A DNA stretch of 58,440 nt, counting the filler, from Sphacelaria rigidula (lineage: Eukaryota), in assembly GCA_964200075.2 (NCBI GenBank). It is 9 parts of 9 records of this genome, joined end to end, with 100 filler letters (N's around TTAATTAATTAA, not from the genome) between each part and the next. Parts side by side here need not be neighbours in the genome. Positions count along the whole stretch, not along the records: positions 45,533 to 51,936 come from CAXNAA020020278.1; positions 52,037 to 58,440 come from CAXNAA020020279.1; 7 more parts are not named here. One strand, written 5' to 3'. The translations under genes were made by a program, and so were the position numbers. Of this stretch, positions 50,446 to 58,440 are shown in pieces; position 1 is the stretch's first letter, and every line of letters starts with the position of its first letter. The notes under the pieces were generated by a model. That model searched no databases. It saw only the letters and a program-made list of their open reading frames with translations, and was not told the origin of the DNA.

Positions 50446-53400
50446 CCATGAATTTATACCTGGCTGTCCCCGACACGTGATACCCTGGCCAAATGCACAC
50501 GCGGGAACCTGTTGTGTCCTATTATATTTATGTTCCCTTCGTTCTCCTTCCCCTTTATTTGTTTTGTTCGCTATTATACTGGTGAAGCGCTGCTATTCAT
50601 GTTACTGGTTCCATCGTTTGTCACGCCGTTGATGACTAAGAATGTTTCTTCCAGACACCGCCCTCGTGACTCTTGAATAACGGAGATTGTAATACACTGC
50701 AATGAAGCATCCATAATTGTTTCAATAGGTGTTTTTACATCTATGTGGCACATGCGTGCAGGTTTAACGTGTCCATTGTCACATAGCTAACCCCAAATCG
50801 GTGAAAAATGAGTGGAAATTATATCAACCGCAGACCAGGCCACGTCCATCTGATACACCATCTCGAGCAGAAAGGGGCTAAATTGCGCGGTAGATTCCCT
50901 GATGTACCAAGATCCGCAAACGGTTTACGGACAGCCCAGAGCGGTCAACAAGATCAAGGACTCCTCTGTTGGAAGTTTCAGAAATAATAGTTCCGAATAT
51001 ACATAGTCGGGATTAGCGGGAAAACCAGTAACGGTTCATCGTCAGAATAAAGATCGTCGGAATAACCGAAGTAGTGCAGTGTGTGAGATATTCGTCGTAG
51101 AATAATGAATAGCTCATGTACTGTATAGCTCGTATACAGAGAGTCAGCATATTGTCGGAATGTTGAAGGGTTGAGTACCAAGAGTCTAAGGTATGGACAG
51201 TTTGGATGGACAGTTTTATAGTGTCCAAGAGTTTTATTGACAGAGTGAAATAGCCCCACACTATTTACTCTCCAAAGCGACCCACCTCAAGCAAGCCTAT
51301 CAGCTTGTTATTGGTTTCTGCGTTAATAAGGAACCAAGTGTTTTATGTGTTTGATTTAAGTAACGCCCAGATGAAGCGGCAATTTTAAGCATCCTCTCTC
51401 TCGCACAAACAAGTGTTTAACCAACACTGTGCAGCCTCTGCGAGCTCTCTTGTTAGAGCTGGGTTCACAAGTTGAACCGATTGTTCCTGTCTACTGACAG
51501 TTGAACACTGTGTATTTTATACACAAGCCACGATAGCCAATTATATTTCAACAGGTCGTTCGCCTCGTTTACAGGTACTGTAACAGGTTGATCAGCCTCG
51601 CGCAACAGGTTAGAGCCTCACAACGTCATCAGGCTTTTATTGTGTGACTACAGTATAGTACCGTAGTCTTCGGCACCAGCAGCCAGGACGCCCCATCGAG
51701 GACGTCAAACTACAGCAGGGAAGGAGCGTGGTGGTCCCGCCAATCAGCGAGGACATCAAGAGAAACATTGAGGTGTGGATAGAATAGTTCCGTCGCGAAG
51801 ACGAAGAAGAGGTGAAGAAAAATTGAGGTGTGAATAGAAGTAACACAGATTGTAACGGATGAATTCATCTGGAGAGCCATCCGTTACAGAAGTCATCGAG
51901 AGTCTCAGTAAGTTCAACGGGACAAATTTCCTCGAGNNNNNNNNNNNNNNNNNNNNNNNNNNNNNNNNNNNNNNNNNNNNTTAATTAATTAANNNNNNNN
52001 NNNNNNNNNNNNNNNNNNNNNNNNNNNNNNNNNNNNGTTTTTCGGCAAAGCCCCTACATATAACACTGTACCTTATGTAGGGCCACCGCACTTTCTGTAC
52101 CCCCCCCCCCCCCCCTCCATTTTGTTCGTTTTTGGGGGGGGCAGAGTCTGATTACCCTCTCCCCCCGGCGGTGGTCGTTATCATGGCTTAATTTCTTCCG
52201 ACCTGAGGTTGCCCCGCCGCCACAACTTTTGTTGTATCCAGAACATCTCCGTAAGATATTCGATTTTTTTGCGTGGGTTCGGGCGTGGAATTCGATGGTT
52301 GAATACACGCTTGATTTTAGCGTTATCGGCCAGACTCGGATATTTCTTGAGGTAACTCACAGTCCCGAGCGCTCGCCCAGCATACGCAGCATTGCGTTCC
52401 GGCGCAAATCTCTCCTTGTCCGAGGGGTATCGGTCTGCCTCGGGTCGAGTTAGCATTAGGGTAAGGGTGGGGGTTGGGCGAAAAGGGAGTACTTGTGTTG
52501 ACCGTCAGATTTTGGCGCCAAACCGGGGCAAGACTCGCCTGCTTCTTGAGATTTTGGAATTGTTCCGCAGGTGCCGTGCGAGCGGAAGTATTGCACCCCC
52601 GGCGAAGAAGAAAGAAGAGAAGAGCACCAAGTTTTTCGTCAAGTGCGGCGATCACCTGGGCCTCGAAAGTTGAGTCGTTGGGAATATATATATCTCGTCG
52701 AGATTTTTTGGGGTCAAAACACGATCGTTTGGCACTGTTGCGACGTAGTTATCGTAGAGTTTGGGTTGTTCACCCCCTCTCCCTGCCCCTGCCCCATGGT
52801 GGGGTGCTTCACTCCTTACCGTACATACGGTCGTGGCGATAGTGTATCTTCACTGCAGGGTGTCAGTTCTCGAGAGAGCCGAGTTTTGACAAGTTCGTCG
52901 CTCTGGCTAGGGGATGGTACTCGGCATCTTGTACGGTAGGTACTGCGAGAGTCGGTCGATATTCAGCCAACGTTGTGCTTGCAATCTTGTTCTCCCTCTC
53001 GGTCCGCCCGCCCGCCCGCGCGCCTTCTAACGTCTCGATGCGTTGTCGTGAGTCACGCCTGATTTGATGCATGTCAGAGGGGTATTTTATGGTATTTTGC
53101 GTTGCCTCTTTTGTGGATACATATACATACATACAAATATATATATATATATTTACAGGATACCTTCCCCTTTAAGTAGATGGCTGAATACTGCGTTGTG
53201 CGATGTGGTTTGTTTCCCGGGACGCGAAAGACGTGCGCGTTTTGTCATTTCTGAGTTTCCGCGCGCGCCGGGGTTGACGCCACTTTTTCTTGTCCGTTGG
53301 CCACTTACGAAACCACGCGTAGTTGGTTGGGTGGAAGACAGCTCGTTGAGCTGGTCATGATTTTTTCTGTGAGATTGAACACACTAGATGTCGATGGCCT

Positions 53401-53629
53401 GGTGTATTTTGTTGAGAATGAGCAACAACATGTTTTGGGTTGTAATCGTGGTTGGAGGAGGCGAGGGGTGGAAAGGGGGAGGGGGAGGTAACTTCCTTGT
53501 GTGGAAGATCCACGCAGCTTTTTGAATTCTTGGTGGGTGTAGTATGTGGTGGAAGTCTGTGTGAAAAGATGCCTAAAAAGATGAGGAAGTCACCTTTGTT
53601 TCGGCGATTGTTTGTGTTATTGCTGATCG

Positions 53630-54400
53630 GTGCGCGTCGTCAGTGCCATGGGCTCATATGTGAGTGTGGACGTCTCGCTGGTCCAATTGAATCAACCCCA
53701 ATCGTTTTTTCCGATCTTTCATCATTCAGTCATTACTCATTGTGGTTTATCGATGTTCTGGAATGGAGGAGTTTTGCACGGGTTTCCGAGTGTATCGTCG
53801 TGTGTACCGGGGTTGTTCATAGCTAATAATACGTTTACCTGCTGATTGTCTCTCAGTATACGCTTCGATAATAGCTTTCTGTTTATTTCCCCTTCTTTTT
53901 CGGCAGTGGAGGGAGCGGAGATCGAGGAGGGGGGGCATATGACACGTCGTTTTTGTTGTGTCAAGTCAAGGCGAAGAAAACAAGATTTTGTTCATACTGT
54001 TTGTTTTTTCATCCGATTTTCCAGCTACCGCAGCAGCAACTGAAGAAGTTAAAGACGCGCACTTTCCATGTGTTCTGCTCCAACACCAATTGCTTGTCCT
54101 ATCAACTTCTTGTTCGTTGAAGTGCGGGGGGGGAGAGAAGACTTGACGGAAAAATTCGCCTGCGCAGATCGATTGGAACCGCCACAAATATACAAAGGAA
54201 TCACCATTGGCTCGGCGACTTCCATCTGGGGTGTGCAGACGTTTGGCGATGTCATCAATATCCCTGACACCCGTCAAGTTTGCGCAAGCCCCTATGATCC
54301 TCAATCGGATACCCAGCATGACAGTCCAGAGCGCAAGTACATCCGCTCAAAATAAGCAGAAAACCGTGCGGCTTCTGTTGTGAAAAAACCAAGTACCGTC
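53630..54400 (+). pseudogene. Possible decayed piggyBac-like transposase
   Basis: Cross-frame pieces in plausible order: GSYVSVDVSL (cf. VDESM), CIVVCTGVV, SFSAVEGA...GH...VKS and RKPCGFCCEKTKY (Cys-rich tail). The match is weak. Confidence 0.3.
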
Positions 54401-54825
54401 CTGACAACGGCAGCCATGAGCGAATCGCCCGGCGACTCGTAATTCTCAACGTACTAAAACGGTCTAATGTGCCATGTACGCGTTTCCTGTTTCTATTTGT
54501 TTCCACAATCTCATGGATTGATCCTCTCACAACGTTTGCACGCGCTCAGTGTTCACTTCTTTCGTCCAAGGGAAGACATTCACTCTTCAACCCCCCGGGG
54601 AACTCATCTTCTATGTACTAGTCTGCTTTTCCATCCTTACCGGACAGAAGCTACAGTCCCGGGCAGGTTCAATCTCGAGTCACGCTAGCGTGTTAATCAG
54701 ACCGTAATCTCTGGCACAATACACATACTCACGATCAAGCCACCATCGCTTCTGTGGATAGGCTGCAGATACGCTCGCAACACGATCGTGAACAATAGCA
54801 CAGCACAGAGAGATGCTCGGAGGTA

Positions 54826-57593
54826 TAACAACCGATTCTCAAAAATTAGGTTCAAACGGCATGACTTTTTTGCAGGAGCGGTGCGAAACAGTTACGCCAC
54901 GGAAAAGCATATTCCCCCCAAACAATCTGTAGCAGTTTAGCAATTCTGGCTAGGTGCACCGAACGAATGCGGTGTACACGCGTGTCGATGACGATATCAC
55001 CAGAGAGAGAAGCAACGACAGAGAGGAAGCTCCTCGCCCGTGCCCTTTGTGTGTGCGCTCTCGGCGATTGGGAATCGCCGAGAGCTCGATATCATCTTGG
55101 CACATACCCAATTTTCGTTGAGTTTTCCATGTAACAGCCGATTCTACATTTCGGGGTTGAAAACAAAAATGGGGTTCGACCCCAATTCGAAAAATCGAGA
55201 ATTCACGCCAAATAGTATCACCACAGGAAATCATCTATCTTCGCAATTTGAGTTTCCGATGCAGTTACACCGGTGTGGTCGGGTGCATCGCATGAATGCC
55301 GTGCACACGCGTGTCGATGACGATATCACCAGAGAGGAGCAAAGGCGGAGAGGAAGCTCCTCGCCGGTGTCCTTCGTGTGTCCTCATTCAGCGATTCCCG
55401 ATCGCTGCAGAGATTGACATCATGAATAGTACCAGCACATACCGAGGTTGCCACGTGTCGGCAGGCGGGTAGCACAGCCGCAGAAACAAGATCGCGGGAT
55501 GCCCCGGTGGTCGTCTCCTGTCTGTGGCGCTGACCAGTGCAAAGATCGTTTTCTCTCGTCCCCTCTGCTTGGACAGGAAGTGACTCTGTGAACAGTAGAA
55601 CACGTCGTCGAAAAGCAGGATGATGTTCCCATCACTGCTACTGTTCTCTCTCACACACATGCGAGCAAGAACGACTGAGTCCTTTCGGCAAGATCTAATA
55701 ATCGGAAGCTGGGGGGGTGTCATAGCAGTCCTTGATTTCACCTGGCGTCTTCGAAACAAGGACAACAGGCAGTCTGCCACATCCCAGTCGGGGGGATGGG
55801 TGCATGAGGGAGATCAAACACTCGTGTAGGCCTTCTTGGTATGCAGAGTGGAAAAAGATGCCTCGTGTGGGTGACATGCCTCTTGCTGGCGTGACCGAGT
55901 TGAGGGCTGAGATCCTGTACTTGAGCTTCTCTGCTGTCACCCGGTCGCATGCACGGTGTGCGTATCGTGAGGGTGTCTGACGCGAAAAACCGTTTTGCGA
56001 GGAGGATCATCCCAAGCTGGGGCGAGATATGGTCTATAACAGGGATGTCCTATGTTTAACCATCTGCCACTGCATGCCTGATCCGTGCCGTTAAGCGCTG
56101 ATCAGGGAGGTCTTGCCTGAGAACAGCTTTCGAGCAACGACAGACAGAGGTATGCAGTCGGTTTAGCCCGGAATATTACTGCAATTTTGCTGCTGCATGT
56201 GCGGGCTGCATGTAGCAATTCGATTGTTCAAGCCTGGCGGGGAGAGAAGGGTAATCACATCACTGTAGAATCTCATTCCATAGTATCAAGGTGGTAGTGC
56301 TCGCAAGCTGGGAGAAAGTGCGATTTGTTGTTTTGGTACGCCGTTCGAGGATAATTCAAATCGTTTCACCAAACGCTTCTGGAATTTACATGGAGCGATT
56401 GGTGCAGAACCAAACCGAAGTGGACCCGTTCATGTTCGAAATTGAACCTTTCTCCTAGAGAACGCTTCGCGATTGGATAAGGGAGTTTTATTCCAAGAAT
56501 ACTTGTTGGGCCCGGCAATGTTTCTTAGAGCTTACAAAAAGTGTAGCATCGTTCTTTGACACCTGACGGGAGGGAGGGAAATGTTACAGGGTGGATAATG
56601 ACCATAGAGCAATTGGATCATGGCTACACCTTCTTCAGTCTAATGATGACTTGGTGGGAAACATATCGTGTAACTCTGTCCCCCACCGGGCCACAAGAGA
56701 AAGCACACGAAAGCAAACCAATTCTGAAGGCAAAACTGATCATCGTCGCCCGACTATTGTATTGCACTTCGCATCTGCTGACCACTGCTAACAACACGCA
56801 TCATCCACCAAGGATCGACCCACATGCTGAGCAAGGTGCTTGCACACATCTTTACTTCTGCACTGGGACTGAGACAGGCAAGATCTAATCAGTGTTGCGT
56901 GGTTTCTACCATAGGTTTGACCGTATCGGAATGAAAGTGTCACGGTAATTAGGTAGCCAGCGAAGTCTGGTGTGAAACGTGTCCCCGATCGGTAGAGGTC
57001 CCTGCGTGCCTAACACTGATACATCTTTGCGTCTGCGACAGAAATGCACATGCTGGCAGCTTGCGACAGTCGTTGTGAGTCAAGTCACCCACATGAGGCA
57101 TCTTTTTCCACTCTGCATACCAAGAAGGCCTACACGAGTGTATGATCTCCCTCATGCACCCATCCCCCCGACTGGGATGTGGAAGACTGCCTGTTGTCCT
57201 TGTTTCGCAGACGTCGGGTGAAATCAAGGACTGCTATGGCACCCCCCCCAGCTTCCGACTGTTAGATCTTGCCGCAAGGACTCAGTCGTTCTTGCTCGCA
57301 TGTGTGTGTGCACTGGTGGCCACTGGGATGCCTGCAACCTCAAATTTGGACGTTACAGACCTTGTGCAGCGTCTGTAACGTCCAAAATCGAGGTTACAGG
57401 CATCCCAGCGGCCACCCGTGAGAACAGTGGGAACATTATCCTGCTTTTCGACGACGTGTCCTACTGCTCACAGAGTCACTTCCTGTCCAAGCAGAGAGGA
57501 CGAGAGAACTCGATCTTTGCACTGGTCAGCGCCATAGACAGGAGACGACCACCGGGGCTTCCCGCGATCTTGTTTCTGCGGCTGTGCTACCTG
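54826..57593. mobile_element. Long-TIR (foldback-like) DNA element; visible inverted arms 55466-55878 and 57081-57593
   Basis: The ~410-bp arms are highly similar. The left arm continues outward to a TAACA..GAT terminus shared with 13507, 18993 and 9338. The right arm is interrupted and cut by MITEs. Confidence 0.75.
57311..57420. mobile_element. 110-bp hairpin MITE with CAC...GTG termini (second family end at 57594)
   Basis: CACTGGTGGCCACTGGGATGCC...GGCATCCCAGCGGCCACCCGTG. It is absent from the paralogous arm at ~55650. Confidence 0.85.
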
Positions 57594-58259
57594 CACGGGT
57601 GGCCGCTGGGGTCCCTGCAACCTTAAAAATGGAGGTTATAGACCTCGTGCAACCTAGGTTGCGGGGGTTGGTTGCCGCAGATTACCGGGCATGGAACAAT
57701 CACGTTGAAATCGTACGTGCACTTGATAGGTCGCAGGGACGTTAAAAACATGTGTTACCCGTCAAGGGTGATCATTTGGGTTACTGTACCCTGGGATTAT
57801 GGATGTCACAGACGTTGCGCAACCTCAGTCTTGGACCTTGGACAGGTCTGGGTGTGCAAGGTCCAAAACTGAGGTTGCACGCACTTTGCAGGTAGGTATC
57901 CCAGTTTGGGGTCCCACTTCTTACAAGATCGCCGAAAAAAGGCGGGGGGGCGGGGCATTGGAACCTGGTGGTCGACGGATGTTGTTGGCCTTGATTTGTT
58001 GCGGCTGTGTGTCAACTACCTGATATTAGTGTCGAGTACAGTCATGACTTGGTTATAGTGAGAATTCTAAAGCACTTCACGCCAGCACCAAGACTCGGAG
58101 TTCTTCTTGTTAGTGTGCGGACACCGGAGCAAGAACTTTCTAGCACATGTGGCCATGCCACAAAAAATTGTAGGTGGTAGTCCAGCGTGGATATACTAAA
58201 CGGCTTCAAGTTCTTAAAGCAATATATTGTACGAGGTGGGCCAGCCTAAAAACGGATTT

Positions 58260-58392
58260 GTGACGGTTTAAGAGACAACCAACTAGACTTCTGACGAGTC
58301 AGCGCTGACTGGTCAGTAGCCTAGTTGGTAGTCTCTTAAACCGTCACTAAAATTAGTCGCTGGTTCGATTCCCGTCGGACGCACTTTCTTTG
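58260..58392 (+). ncRNA. tRNA-like Pol III unit whose 5' half forms an 88-bp palindrome
   Basis: A box TAGCCTAGTTGG (58317-58328), B box GGTTCGATTCC (58362-58372), palindrome 58260-58347. Confidence 0.6.
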
Positions 58393-58440
58393 AAGAAAAA
58401 AAGGGGAGAGAAAACCTCTGGTAAAATATTGATCCCAAGG

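Noticed and set aside
51851..51888. TGTAACGGATG...CATCCGTTACA mini hairpin
   Set aside because: An 11-bp stem seen once, with no TSD; too little to classify.
52451..52478. Telomere-like TTAGGG variants
   Set aside because: Only one exact unit, degenerate and internal.

Overview
The window is not contiguous genome. It is nine unrelated contigs of 6404-6405 bp (1-6405, 6506-12910, 13011-19415, 19516-25920, 26021-32424, 32525-38928, 39029-45432, 45533-51936, 52037-58440) joined by artificial 100-nt N44-TTAATTAATTAA-N44 linkers, so nothing can be inferred across linkers. The DNA is eukaryotic and repeat-rich. The histone H3 sequence (RFQGSAVL...ERS) and intron style suggest a stramenopile, probably a brown alga (inference). 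Recognisable host genes are an intact intronless histone H3 with a 3' stem-loop and three in-phase exons of an SLC4 bicarbonate/anion transporter. Most of the rest is transposon-derived: an internally deleted Ty3/Gypsy element, a second Gypsy integrase fragment, a LINE 3' end with tiny truncated copies, decayed Mutator-, piggyBac- and pogo-like transposase remnants, many MITEs, tRNA-like Pol III units, minisatellites and long hairpins. I see no CRISPR or prokaryotic defence system, and nothing here proves a new system. The best leads are the histone stem-loop with an HDE-like element, a possible chromo plus Tudor-like tandem on the Gypsy integrase, an 88-bp palindrome over a tRNA-like promoter, and a conserved-core repeat array upstream of the Mutator remnant. 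All family calls come from reading motifs by eye; no searches were run.
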